Shown here one piece after another: positions 26,328-39,500 of a stretch of 64,000 bases of DNA. Position numbers and translations under genes: made by a program. Origin of the DNA: Isurus oxyrinchus (lineage: Eukaryota); NCBI GenBank assembly GCA_026770705.1, contig JANJGN010000008.1:159836001-159900000 (forward strand), read 5' to 3'. Each line of letters opens with the position of its first letter. The first letter of the stretch is position 1. Below the pieces are notes generated by a model that worked only from the letters and a program-made list of their open reading frames with translations, was not told the origin of the DNA and searched no databases.

Positions 26328-27152
26328 AGCAGACTGTAATTCATTAACAACAACGTTCATTTATATAGCGCTTTTAATACAGCAAAATGTGCCAGGGCAC
26401 TTCACAGTGGTTTGTGTGAGGAAAATGGATGTGGAGAGATTTGAACTAAGCAATACAAATAACCTAACAAATTGGGAATGCAGTATAAAAAATAATGTTC
26501 CAGTTATTTGAATTAAGTAACTTTGTACGAGGAGTAAACTGCTGTAAATAAAAATATAAAATTATTACAAGTTCAATGTTCATATACCTGTAGTATGTTT
26601 TTGTCTCAGGGTGAGCAGTATTATGTCAGTCGTTAGCATTGTTCTGAATTAGATGATTATGGGGATGAAATTGATCTTGACCAGTAGCACCGAATGGACA
26701 ATGGTTTGGACTTTTACATCTCGCCCAATTGTTCTTCATTGGGCTGTCCAAAACTTATTTCTCCCCTTTTGTAGGTTAAAATCCCGAGTACTTATGCTCA
26801 TTATGCTCTGAACTGATGGTGGTGGGAATGGATTCAATGATAGCCTTCAACAGGTACTAGGATAAATACTACAGAAGGAGAAAAATAATGCAGAGATGTG
26901 AGGAAAGAGCAGGGAGTGGGACTAACTGGAAGGTGACCATTGAATCTATTTCCACAAAGTTACTTAACTCAAATAACTGGAACATTATTTTTTATACTGA
27001 ATTCCCAATTTGTTAGGTTATTTGTGTTGCTTAGTTCGAATCTCTCCACATCCATTTTCCTCACACAAATCACTGTGAAGTGCCCTAGTACATTTTGCTG
27101 TATTAAAGGCGCTATATAAATACACGTTGTTGTTAATGAATTACAGTCTGCT
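26328..27152. repeat. About 200-bp local inverted duplication (26328-26526 / 26954-27152)
   Basis: Reverse-complement match with scattered substitutions, about 425 bp spacer. Confidence 0.9.
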
Positions 27153-27299
27153 TTGAAAGAGCCAGTGCAGACTCGATGGATTAAATGGCCTCCTTCTGTG
27201 CTGTGCTATTTAATGATTTCATTATACACTAACAGTACAGAAGCGCTACTTTATCAGAGGTGTTGTTTTTTCAGAAAAAATGCTAAAATAAGACCTCTT

Positions 27300-28730
27300 A
27301 ATTCATTCACAGAATGTGGGCTTCACTGGCTGGGCCAGCATGTATTGCCCATCCCTAATTGCCCTTGAGAAGGTGGTGCCTTCTTGAACTGCTGCAGACC
27401 ATGTGGTGTAGGTACACCCACACTGCTGTTTGGAAGGGAGTTCCAGGATTTTGACCCAGTGACAGTGAAGGAATGGTGATATATTCCCAAGTCAGGATGG
27501 TGAGTGACTTGGAGAAGAACTTCCAGGTAATGGCATTCCCATCTATTTGCTGCCCTTGTCCTTCTAGATGATAGTGGTTGTGGGTTTGGAAGGTGCTGTT
27601 GAAGGAGCCTTGGTGAATTCCTGCAGTGCACCTTGTAGATGGTACACACTCCTGCTACTGTGTGTTGGAGGTGGTGGGAGTGAATGTTTGTGGATGTGGT
27701 GCCAATCAAGTGGACTGCTTTGTCCTGGATGGTGTCGAGCTGCTTGAGTGTTGTGGGAGCTGCACTCATCCAGGCAAGTGGAGAGTATCACTCCTGACTT
27801 GTGCCTTGTAGATGGTGGGCAGGCTTTGGGGAGTCAGGAGATGAGTTACTCATCACAGGATTCCTAGCCTTTGACCTGCTCTTGTAGCCGCAGTATTTAT
27901 ATGGCTAGTCCAGTTCAGTTTTGGTCAATGGTAGCCCCCAGGATGTTAATAGTGGGGGATTCAGTGATGGTAATGCCATTGAACATCAAGGGGCGATGGT
28001 TGGATTCTCTCTTGTTGGAGATGGTCATTGCCTGACACTTGTGTGGCATGAATATGTTATTTGCCACTTGTCAGCCCAAGCCTGGATATTGTCCAGGTCT
28101 TGCTGCATTTGGACAAAAGACTGCTTCAGTATCTGAGGAGTCGCGAATGATGCTGAACATTGTGCAATCATCAGCGAACATCCCCACTTCTTATGGAAGG
28201 AAAGTCATTGATAAAGCAGCTGAAGATGGTTAGGCCTAGGACACTACCCTGAGGAACTCCTGCAGTGATGTCCTGGAGCTGAGATGACTGACCTCCAACA
28301 ACCACAACCATCTTCCTTTGTGCTAGATATGACTCCAATCAGTGGAGAGCTTTCTCCCTGATTCCCATTGACTCCAGTTTTGCTAAAGTCCTTGATGCCA
28401 CACTCAGTCAAATGCGGCCTTGATATCAAGGGCAGTCACTCTCACCTCACCTCTGGAGTTCAGCTCTTTTGTCCATGTTTGGACCAAGGCTGTAATGTGG
28501 TCAGGAGCTGAGTGGCCCTGGCGGAACCCAAACTGAGCATTAGCAAGCAGGTTATTGTTAAGCAAGTGCCGCTTGATAGCACTGTTGATGACCCCTTCCA
28601 TTACCTTACAGATGATCGTGAGTAGACTGATGGGACGTTGATTGGCTGGGTTGGATTTGTCCCGCTTTTTGTGTACAGGCCACACCTGGATGATTTTCCA
28701 CATTGCCGGGTAGATGCCAGTGTTGTAGGA
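27300..28730 (-). mobile_element. CR1-group LINE RT fragment
   Basis: PVHKK.DKSNPAN.RPISLL, QFGFRQGHS, ALDIKAAFD and LDTIQDKA motifs. Confidence 0.9.
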
Positions 28731-29459
28731 TAATGTCTGGAACTTTATCCGTAAGGTATGATTCCGTGAGGATGACTATGTCGCTTGACTAGCTCTCCCA
28801 CTTTTGGCACTAGCCTCCAGATGTTAGTAAGGAGGATTTTGCAGGGTTGACAGGGCTGAGTTTGCCATTGTCGTTTCCAGTGCCTAGGTCAATGCCGGGT
28901 GGTCGGTTTGTTACAACTGAGTGACTTGCTAGGCCATTGAAGAGACAACCACATTACTGTGGGTCTGGAGTCACACGTAGGCCAGACCAGGGAAGGATGG
29001 CAGATTTCCTTCCCTAAAGGGCATTAGTGAACCAGATGGGTTTTTACAACAATTGACAATGGTTCCATGGTCATCACTAGATTTTTAATTCCAGATTTTT
29101 ATTGAATTCATATTCCTCTACCTGCCATGGTGGGATTCAAACCCAGGAGCATTACCCTCGTTCTCTGGATTACTAGTCCAGCGACAATATCACTATGCCA
29201 ATGCCTCTCTGTCCAACCGTTGCAGTAATTCAGTTGGAAAGTGGTATTCCCAGTGCCCTGTTTAAGATTTCTCCTTCATCCAATACCATTTAAAGCAAAT
29301 TATAACACACTGTTCAGTTCCTACTGTATGCAAAATGGCTCCCTGCACAACATCACTTTGCAAATTCCTTGTGAGTTGTTTTGCTACCTTGCTGAGGGAT
29401 GGTGACACCATCCAAAAAAATACAAGTTTTATTTATTATGTTACACTCAATTGGTAGTC

Positions 29460-29915
29460 CAAGCTTGACACCATCCAGGACAAAGCAGCCCATTTGACTG
29501 GCACCACATCCACCACCTTCAACATCCACTCCCTCCACACAGTAGCAGCAGTGTGTACCATCTACAAGATACACTGCAAGAAATCACCAAGGCTCCTTAG
29601 ACAGCACCTTCCAAACCCATAACCACTACCATCTAGAAGGGCAAGGGCAGCAGATAGATGGGAACACCACCATCTGGAAGTTTCCCTCCAAGCCACTCAC
29701 CACCCTGACTTGGAAATATATCGCCGTTCCTTCACTGTTACAAGGTCAAAATCCTGGAGTTCCCTCCCTAACAGCACAATGAGCGTACCAAACCACATGG
29801 ACTACAGTGGTTGAAAAAGGCAGTTCACCATCACCTTCTCAAGGGCAATTAGGGATGGGCAATAAAAAAATGCTAACCTAGCTAGTGATGCCCACATCCC
29901 ATGAATGTATGAAAA
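29460..29915 (+). mobile_element. CR1-group LINE 3' end
   Basis: Inverted homolog of 27320-27740. Confidence 0.8.
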
Positions 29916-30154
29916 AAATTAACTGCAGTTATGAGGTCTGCATGTTTGCAAATGGAAATTTCAGTAACTTCCCTAAAAATGTTCTGTTTATTTGCAAGCT
30001 ACTAAAATATTTTTAAAAAGTAACGCAATCCACAACCAGATTCTGTGCAAATATTAATATTTATGTATGCCATTTACGTGGCCATTTAACCCTTGCATTT
30101 ACAAATAGTTTCAACTCTCCCTGATAAAACTCTGAAACAATTTAAAGTAAATCA

Positions 30155-30310
30155 AAAATAAAAACAGAAAATGTTGGAAAAAAAATCTCAGCAGTTTAGT
30201 ACTTAATGTTTCAGGCCTCTGACCTTGTTTCTCTTTCTACACAGATACTGCCTAACAAGTATTTTCTGTTTTTATTTCAGATTTTCAGCATCTGCAGTAA
30301 TCTACTTTTC
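30155..30310. mobile_element. Old degenerate PLE palindromic remnant
   Basis: Diverged AAAACAGAAAATG-TGGAAA left end and TTTCAGCATCTGCAG tail on the right. Confidence 0.55.
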
Positions 30311-31200
30311 GATTAAATTAAACCAAGTTTGAAAATGTATTAATTTTAGAATAACTTGAAAAATAGAGAAATAAACACGAAAAATTTTGGCTGTAAGCAA
30401 TGCTTAGTTTAAACTGATCAGAATTTAGCAGAGTGGGAGTGGTGGAGGGAGGGGGAGTGGAGTAAGCCTTATATATCATAATTTTTAACGCATCTTGAAA
30501 CATCTTAAGAAATTCTAATTTAAGATCAGTTGCTTGTCTGCATGGTTGTGTACAAGAAGGATACAGTCATGAGGGAGACAGTAGTAGATACCAGTAATCT
30601 AGAGACCTAGACTAATTCTCTAGAGATGTGAGTTCAGATCTCAACATAGTGGCTAGCGGAGTTTAAATTCAATTAATTAAAAGATCTGGAAGAACCAACT
30701 GGTTCACTAATGTCCTTCAGAGAAGGAAATCTGCCATTCTTCTAGGCCACCTGGCCTATAGGTACTCCAGGCACACTGCCCTCCAAAATGGCCTAGTAAG
30801 CCACTCAGCTCACCGCTGCATGCTCCAGGGCAATTACAGATGGGTGACAATGCTGGCCTTGCCACTGACACTCACATCCTATGATAGAATTTGGAAAAAT
30901 GTGTTTGGTGCTTCAAGCTCGCTGCTTATCCATATGCAGCAGTTAAAGTGGGTAGAAGGAAGCAGCGGGTGTGCAGAAGGTTGAGATGGCTGCCTGAAGA
31001 CAGAAATGGCTAGAATCCACAGCCATTCCCAGTCACAGGCCAATGTTTAACGTCCCTTGTTTTTCAAAGGCGAAGGGAGACAGAAAACCTATCAAATCCG
31101 TGGTCAGGGCAGCAAATCGGACTTTGTCTTTGATTCTGTCAGAGCTGGGTCAAACCATTTTATAGTTGAGAAGTTAATTGAGCTTAGTGCTCTAGTTAGC

Positions 31201-31444
31201 TGCAGAGATAAAACCAAAAAACTGCAGATGCTGGAAATCCAAAACAAAAAACAGAATTACCTGGAAAAACTCAGCAGGTCTGGCAGCATCGGTGGAGAAG
31301 AAAAGAGTTGACGTTTCGAGTCCTCATGACCCTGTTCTGTTCTGTTCTGTTGAAGGGTCATGAGGACTCGAAATGTCAACTCTTTTCTTCTCCGCCGATG
31401 CTGCCGGACCTGCTGAGTTTTTCCAGGCAATTCTATTTTTGTTT
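31201..31444. mobile_element. Short PLE palindromic insertion
   Basis: TSD TGCTCTAGTTAGC at 31188-31200 and 31445-31457; (GTTCT)n slippage at the centre. Confidence 0.92.
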
Positions 31445-32294
31445 TGCTCTAGTTAGCCATTCGATTCAATAGAATTAACTTGAAAATCCAATTGTACTTT
31501 GTCACATCGTGTGGTGAAATTAGCTGTATGAGCAATGAATAGCAATAACCTGATCTGAAATAGGACACTTCAAACTAATTTTTGAATACCCACAGTTTTT
31601 CCAATTTGTGTTGATCCAAGTGGATTAGTTTCTTGTGACAGGGCACAGTAACAGGATGGCCCATTTTCCTTTCTAACTTTTTTTGAAGTGTTTACTCATT
31701 TGATATACCCTTCCCCAACAAAAGCTTTTCAGCCTTTCAGCCTGCTCCTATATGTAAAATATGGGCACAGTGAGTCGGCCCAATTAAAACCCACCACTTG
31801 AACATAATTATCCCTCAATTGATATATACAATTTACATAGAGAATGTGCCTCCTTGTAGCTAAGAGTAAAATAGCACTCGGAGGAAAAGCAAAAGAAGGA
31901 ATTGTCTCCAGAAGTTTTGAGAATACTTTTCCTGTTAAGTTTGTTGTACTGCTGAAGTATTTTCTGAAATAAAATAAGTAGCACTACATGAATTCTCATG
32001 ATTAGATCATTAGTGCATGCAGGAACAGGATTGTTCTAAAAACGTTGATGTTAAGTATTCCGATACTTCATAAAATCCCCATTAGTCGGAAGTCTTAGCT
32101 TCTTTCGCAGTGAAAAAAAATTATTCTCATTACAGAAACAGCCCAGGTCTTGATGAAATTTAAGCAAAAAAGCTTGTAGGACGAGTATACTTCATTTTTG
32201 TGATAAAGGCATTGGAATAGAGTCCATTAAAATGAACTGCATGAAGAGAATCCAGGTTTGAATGTCAGCTGAAATCCAAATTACAAAGTGGTTT

Positions 32295-33020
32295 CTTACT
32301 CAAATCCCTCCATGCCCCTGACCCTCCCATCTCTGTAACTTCCTTCAGCCCCACAATGCTCCAAGATATCTGTGCTCCTCTAATTGGGGCCTCTTGTTCA
32401 TTCCCAATTTTGATTGTTCCACCCTTGATTGTCCCACCCAGGCCCCAAGAACTGGAACATCCTCCCCTATACTCTCCCCTCTCTACCTTGCTTTTCTCCT
32501 TTAAGACATTCCTTAAAACAGGGCTAGGGAACGTATGGCCCATGGGCTGGGTCCGGCTCAATTTCATCCGGCCCGCAGCAAGATTTCTAAAAATACAGCC
32601 CTATGACAGCAATGCCTTCAAAATAGCATTTATCACCATCATCGTTACAAATTTGCTTTGGATAAAAGCGTCAGCTAAATTACTATATCAATATTTAACA
32701 ATATAATATTCAAATTCAACCATCACATTAAAACAGCGGGTGAGTTGAACATTTCTATATTCGCTCTAAAAGAAACTAAATTAAGTTGATTTTTATGATT
32801 TTTATGTGTGTGGCCCGTGACTGATTTTGTCTGTGTGTGAATGGCCTGTGATAAGAAAAAGATTTCCCATCCCTGCCTTAAAAACCTCCCTCTTTGACCA
32901 ATCAAAGCTTTTGATCAGCTGGCCTAATCTCTCCTTATGTACCTCGGAGTCATGCTTTGTTTTATAAATCTTCTGTGAAGCGTTTCATTATGGTACAGGT
33001 GCTATTTGCATACAAATCGT
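32295..33020 (+). mobile_element. L2-like LINE 3' end split by the hAT MITE
   Basis: FKTFLK|T.LFDQ reads across the MITE TSD. Confidence 0.65.
32519..32875. mobile_element. hAT MITE, same family as 55725-60752
   Basis: CAGGG...CCCTG termini, perfect 8-bp TSD CCTTAAAA, shared subterminal sequence GTGGCCCGTGACTGATTTTGTCTGTGTG. Confidence 0.88.
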
Positions 33021-33546
33021 TGTTGTTGTGTTTGTTCTCTGAATGAGATATCTGACATTGAAATACTAGAGGCTTTTGTGGCCGCTTCTGTCATGAACAC
33101 ATTTCAACCTGTGCAGAAAGTTATAACATGAGGAGTACGCATCAATTTATTATCTTCTTTCTCCCTCTGTAAGGCTGAATGCTGCTTTTTTCTCTATGTT
33201 TGTTGAAGCATTCCATTATGTGTCAATGTAGCAACATATTTTTTTTGCAAATGTAATTAATCACTTTGACAAGTTGCATTGAAAATTATGAGGTGATAAA
33301 TTGTGCTTTTCGGCAGTATTGTTTATGTCACCCTGAAGCAATGTAAGGCATGGTGCTCGACACAAAGGAACATTGTTTCTCTGAATTACTCGATTACAAA
33401 GTGAATAGATCTTGATAGAACCATCATGATTGTGTTTCAGGAAAAGAGCCATCTCAGGATCGAAAAATTTGATAATGTAACCAGGTTGGTTGCAATGAGA
33501 TGCATCACTGGAGCTCTGAAGTTGACCCCAACACCCTGACTACTCA

Positions 33547-33777
33547 GATAAAATCAAAGAAAACTGCGGATGCTGGAAATCCAAAACAAAAACAGAATTA
33601 CCTGGAAAAACTCAGCAGGTCTGGCAGCATCGGCGGAGAAGAAGAGAGTTGACGTTTCGAGTCTTCATGACCCTTCGACAAGTTCTGTCGAAGGGTCATG
33701 AAGACTCGAAACGTCAACTCTCTTCTTCTCCGCCGATGCTGCCAGACCTGCTGAGTTTTTCCAGGTAATTCTGTTTT
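33547..33777. mobile_element. Near-perfect PLE palindromic insertion inside a Vingi-like LINE
   Basis: TSD CCCTGACTACTCA at 33534-33546 and 33778-33790; arms appear identical by eye, so the insertion is probably young. Confidence 0.93.
33681..33719 (+). ncRNA. Minimal hammerhead motif (CUGUCGA core)
   Basis: AGUU-CUGUCGA-A-GGGUC-augaa-GACUC-GAAA-CGUC-AACU; mirror copy on the minus strand immediately to the left. Confidence 0.7.
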
Positions 33778-34469
33778 CCCTGACTACTCATGCTGGGCAC
33801 ACGGACCCCCCCCCTCCCCCACCCCACCCCAATCTATCACATTGCATTGACCATCTGTGAAGCTCAGCAAATCAAGGAAAATAAACACTTCCCTATCCAT
33901 CAGAACCTCACCAATGTCCCTGGCCTCTGCTTGAAGTCACATAAGCCCTTTTGGACACATGCACACGACTTCAGGCAATACGATTTCAAACCTGTAGAAG
34001 CTTGGGAAAATGAATGGTCTTCACAAGAAGTTACAAACAAAACACTTCATGAAAGGCCTGACACAGAAGGTCCTGGTTTCGACCTCCCATAAAGCTCATG
34101 GGCATCCCAAAACCACATGCGCACAAACCATGGCTGATGTGGATATTTGATGCACAAATGGAAAATTAAAAACTCTCCTGTGTGCGACTGTGATCACCCA
34201 GAACAGATCATGGAACACATAACAACTCAGTCCCCGACACAGATACAAAGGAGGTATTACAGCGATACACACCCCCACTCCTGACATAATATCCTGGTTT
34301 GACCACCTTGATATAAAATTACAGTTGTTGCTCTGTACCCAGCCATACAAATGAAGAAGACCAGGTTGGTCAATTTCACAGAATTATAGAATTTTACGAT
34401 ACAGAAACAGGCCATTTGGCCCATCACTGGCGCTTTTCTTTCACAGGAATCACTTGGTCAAATCCCATT

Positions 34470-34700
34470 ACAGAAGCAAAATACTGCAGGTGCTGGAAAT
34501 CTGAAAGAAAAACAGAAAATTTTGGAAATGCTCAGCATGTCAGACAGGCTGTGTGGAGAGAGAAACAGTTTTCAGGTCAACAACTTTTCATCAGACCAGT
34601 TCTCATGAAGGATCATGGAACTGAAATTTTAATTTTGTTCCTCTTTGCACAGATAAGCCTGACCTACCAAGTATTCCCAACATTTTCTGTTATTATATTA
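34470..34700. mobile_element. Old degenerate PLE palindromic remnant
   Basis: Tailed left end (ACTGCAGGTGCTGGAAATC), short right end, decayed hammerhead-like cores at the centre. Confidence 0.6.
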
Positions 34701-35169
34701 GGCTAATTCCATTGCCCTCTTGGATTCCCATAACATTTAATATTCCTCTTTTTTAATCAACTATGTAATTCCCTTTTAAACAAATGTATGGACCCTGCTT
34801 CCCCAGTGGTCTGCAGCCAAGAATTTTAACTTCTATGCATCCTTTTGTGTAAAGAATGCTTTTCTATTATTAATTCAAAATGTATTGCTTCACATCTTTC
34901 TATATTGATCTATATATGTGCATTTTTCTAACTGGTCTGTTTCATAATGCAGTGTGGGTTTAAAAAGCAAATTCTTTCTAACTGAGATGTTATGGGAGAT
35001 CTTGGAATGTCAGAGCCTCACATGCAATAAGTGAAGTTCAGCACTACTCTCAACTTCTAAATCTCAGTCCACTTAAACTCCAACAATCTGACATTAATGT
35101 CTAGCTCCTCAAATGGTTTAACTGATTAAGCGAGTGAGTAACTCAACAATGATGGACAATATTTTTTTC

Positions 35170-35720
35170 CACAGAATTGTTATAGCGCAGAAGGAGGCCA
35201 TTTGGCCCATTATGTCTGAACAGGCACTCAGAATGAACATTTTACTTACTGCCAATCTCCCAACTTCTCCCCATAACCATGCACATTGTTTCCTTTCAAA
35301 TAACAGTCCAGTTCAGTTTCGAATACCTCAATTGAGCCTGCCTCCTTCACTCTCAAGCAGTGCATTCACACTTTAACCACTTGCTGTGTGAAAAAGTATT
35401 TTCTCATATCAATTTTGCTTCTTTTGCAAATTACTTTAAATCTGTGCCCTCTCATTCTCCATCCACTCACAAGCGGGAACAGTTTTTCTCAATCTGCTAT
35501 GTCCAGACCACTCATGATTTTGAATACCTCTATCAGATCTCCTCTCAGCCGCCTTTTCCTCAAGGAAAAATAGTCCTAACTTCTCCAGTCTATCTTCATA
35601 ACTGAAGTTCCTCATCCCTGGAACCATCCCTGTGAATCTTCTCTGCATTCTCTCTGTTCTAAAATGCAGCACCCAGAATTAGATGCAATACAGCAGCTGA
35701 GGCAAACTAGTGTCTAATAT
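35170..35720 (-). mobile_element. CR1 LINE 3' fragment
   Basis: QRRFTGMVPGMRNFSYEDRLEKLGLF. Confidence 0.85.
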
Positions 35721-36199
35721 AAAGGAAAGGTATTATAGAAAGGTCTTAGCTTCCTTCTGCAGTTTATGCTGAATTAGTTGGCCTCAGTTAGACTGATGTA
35801 TCGATGCTATAATTGACCTAATGTTCTTGGGCTGAGAGGAAAATGATTCATGGTTGCTGGTTTTTTATTACTATCCAAGAATCTTTAGCTTGTGGACATT
35901 GGATAAAGGCCTGATCGGATTCATCTACAATATGTCCATAGTAGATTAACCTGATGAAGCCCATTATCTAGGCTTTTCTATGCAAAATAGACTTTTGGGT
36001 GTAGAAATTGCAACTAATTGGAGCATAGTCCAGCAAGACGGAGATATATTCTAGAGGAGTGTGAGGAGAAAAATAGGGATTATAAAAAATGTAGTTTATG
36101 TATTTTCTTGTTTGTGTGAACTCTTTGGTGATCAAGGGCTAGGATTGGTACAAACAACATCACTATGCTTGAGTCAATACCTTCTTGATAAATAGTCGT

Positions 36200-36385
36200 T
36201 TGATAATACAGAACTTGAGTATTGCTGAAAAGAGACACATGTTGTTGAAGTTTTTCATCTTGCACTCATCAAGGCAATTCACAAGAAGACCAAATGTAAA
36301 GGGAACAACAATTTATACTGCATGAGAAGAGTGGGCTGATTGGTTGGCACGTGGACTCTGATTGGTAGAGGTATTGCCATGGAGA
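36200..36385 (-). mobile_element. 3' end of a second PLE family with a decayed hammerhead
   Basis: Minus strand reads (U)UGAUGA-GUGCAAGAU-GAAA-AACUUC near 36247-36272, with an unrelated flanking UTR. Confidence 0.4.
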
Positions 36386-37444
36386 ACCCCTGAACCACTT
36401 TTACACCCTGTCAAAAGCTCTGAGACTGAGATCCTTCACTGGCACATCAAACTGTCAAATGTGGTCCCAACCATTTTTTTACAATAATATAAACCAATGC
36501 CACATGTTCAGATTTTTTGAGGTTTTGCAATGTCAACCCAGTCACTTTTCACTTTGGCATGTGCATTCTGCTTGCCAGCAACACCTTGTCAGATTTTGGA
36601 CTTGCAATGCATTTATAGATCACCTATGGCGTCATTACAAAATGGAACCACCTTTCAATACCAAATAAGATGTTGTATGACCAGGGCCATTGGAAATCAC
36701 ATTGACTGCCAGACCCAACTGCCCAACTCCAGCATTTGGTAGTTTCAGATCCAAATTATGAATCTCAGACCACATTTATTATCCCTCCTAAGGATGAAGT
36801 TTGAAGTAATTTTAAAGTTTAAAAGAACTCAACTGTTTTGAGCACTATGTGTCCTGTTATCACGATGAAGCCACCCAAGGAATTCTCATGAGCTCATATT
36901 AGGTTTTGGAGGTGCCTGTGTGAATCAGACCCAAACCTGACTGACCTTGAGAGCAGTTTGCTGCAGGTTGTTATCAATGGTGTACAAATGAATTATCTTG
37001 TTGCAGTCTCCAGTAAACACATTTTTTTTATTGTCTATGTCTTCAAAGTAATTATTTTCAATTTGGAACTAATTAAGTTGCTCATTAACATGTCTATTAC
37101 CCTTCCTGCATTAGCCTTCATCGTTTTAACTTGCAATCTATTTGTGAGTGCAGAGAACATGATCAATTCACATTAAATTGTCGTGAACCACTTTTCTGTT
37201 GTAAGGGATTGGCTGAAGCAGAGTAATGTGTAATGAAAATGAAAAATAGGGTAAATGATCATTATAACTCATCTTCATTGAGAGAATGATTTCAATTTTC
37301 ATCATTATCAACTTTAGTTCAGCCGACATATGCTGATATGTACAAAAACATGAGCCCCCCTAACCCCTTGCTTAATTTCTGTTCACATTTTTTATACCTA
37401 GCTATAAGACCACAACAGTTGGATAAATGTGCAAAAATTGTCAA

Positions 37445-38140
37445 AAGAACTTAAGAAATAGGAACAGGAGTAGACCATTCGGCCCCTTGAGCCTGCTCCG
37501 TCATTCAATAAGATAATGGCTGAGTTTGGTATTTTGATAATGGCATTTTGATTTCCACATTCCCATCTAACCCCCATAACCTTTGATTCCCTTGCCTAAC
37601 AAGAATCTATCTACCTCTGCCTTAAAAATATTTAATGACCCCGCCTCCACCATCTTCTGAGGCAGAGAATTCCAAATTCACGCAACCCTCAGAGAAAAAA
37701 ATTCTCATCTCTGCTCTAAAAGGGCGACCCCTAATTTTAAAACGGTGCCCCCTAGTTCTGGACTCACCCACAAGAGGAAACATCCTTCTGACATCCACCT
37801 TGTCCAAGGCCACTCAGGATCTTGTATACTTGAATCAAATCACCCCTCACTCTTCTAAACTCCAGTGGAAACAAGCCCAGTCGGTCCAACCTTTCCTCAT
37901 AAGACAACCCACTGATTCCAGGTCTCAATCTATTAAACCTCCTTTGGACTGCTTCCAATGCATTTACATCCTTCCTTAAATAAGGATACTAAAACTGCAC
38001 ACAGTATTCGAGGTGCAGTCTCACCAATGGCCTGTATAACTGAAGCATAACACCCTTACTTTTATGTTTAATCCCTCCCATAATAAAGGATAGCATTCCA
38101 TTAGCCTTCTTAATTACTCGCTGGACCTGCATACTAACTT
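37445..38140 (-). mobile_element. CR1 LINE 3' fragment
   Basis: VQRRFNRL.PG..GLSYEERLDRLGLFPLEFRRVRGDLI and SRTRGH. Confidence 0.9.
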
Positions 38141-38794
38141 TGGGTCTCTGGGTGGCAGTATAAAACCGTCGGATTGGATTTTGACTCAGAAGAAATAATG
38201 CATGTCACAAAATGGACTAGGCATAGGCTTTCTCTGTCACAAGGGCTTGGAAATTCTGCATGGAAGAAAGGGTGAATGGCTTATTTACGCATATTAATCT
38301 GTGTTTGTGTGTATATAAATACTTATGTTTCTGGGAGAGAAGAAAAGGAGAAACAAGATTAACCCCAAATAAGTTTTATCGCTTGTAGATTTTTTTTGAC
38401 CATTGTTTTTGTTTTGGTGTCTGAGAATAAGGCAAAGAATATTGAAGAGCTTTATTGTGTCGTGTAAATGTAGTGCACTTTCATTTTGGAAATAAATGAC
38501 AATCCCCAGCCAGAGAGTGGGATGTTTGAGCCCATTGCTTTTCTCTTCCAGGCTTCTTCACTGTGAACAGATGATTGGTCTCCAGCACCTTCTTCTCCTG
38601 TGTCCCTGTTCTTGGAACATTCAAACATCGAATAATGGGCAAATTATGGAGGAGCTAGCAGAACTCCATCTTCAAAGAAATGGAAGTGAATTACAGCCAA
38701 AATACCTTTTCAAAACTTCATTCATTTTACTTTCCCAATGCAGGTCACTGCGTGCTCTCACCGTTATGGTAACTTTCAGGAGCAGTAAATGGGT

Positions 38795-39500
38795 GTTTTT
38801 TTTAATTATTTCATGGGATGTGGGCTTCACTGGCAAGGGCAGTATTTTTTGCCCATCCCTAATTGCCCTTGAGAAGGTGGTGGTGTACTGCCTTCTTGAA
38901 CTGCTGTAGGTGTGGAGAGAGTTCCAGGATTTTGACCCAGTGACAGTGAAGGAACGGCGATTTAGTTCCAAGTCAGGATGGTGAGTGGCTTGGAGGGGAA
39001 CTTGCAGGTGGTGGTATTCCCATGCATCTGCTGCCCTTGTCCTTCGAGGTGGTAGAGGTTGCTGATTTGGAAGGCACTTAGAGAGTTGCTGTAGTGCATC
39101 TTAAATATGTTCACACTGCTGCCACTGTGTCCTGGTGGTGGAGGGAATGTATATTTAGGGGTGCTGATCAAGCATGCAGCTTTGTCCTGTACGGTATGTC
39201 GATCTTCTTGAATGTTGGAGCTACCCAGGCAAGTGGGGAGTATTCTATCACACTCATGACTTGTGCCTTATAAATGGTGGACAGGCTTTGGGGAGTCAGG
39301 AGGTGAGTTACTTGCTACAGAATTCCCAGCCTCTGACCTGGTCTTGTAGCCACAATGTTTATATGGTCCAGTTTAGTTTCTGGTAAATAGTATCCCCATT
39401 ATGTTGATAGTGGGGGATTCATCAATGGTAAGGCTGTCGAAAGTCAAGGGGAGATGGTTAGATTGTCTTTCATTGGGGGTAGTCATTGTCTGCCACTTAT
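38795..39500 (-). mobile_element. CR1-group LINE 3' fragment
   Basis: Homologous to 27300-28040. Confidence 0.8.

Larger units (their letters stand above)
33491..34359 (+). mobile_element. 5'-truncated Ingi/Vingi-like LINE
   Basis: MRCITGALKLTPT, PGFDLP, MHKW..SPVCDC..EQ.MEHI C-terminal motifs; (GAA)n tail; 11-bp TSD ACCAGGTTGGT at 33480-33490 and 34360-34370. Confidence 0.7.

Noticed and set aside
2669-33777. Short palindromes as MITEs with TIRs
   Set aside because: The ends are asymmetric, arm lengths vary, TSDs are 12-16 bp, and the arms are contiguous with the RT-GIY-YIG ORF in longer copies, so they are retro-derived.
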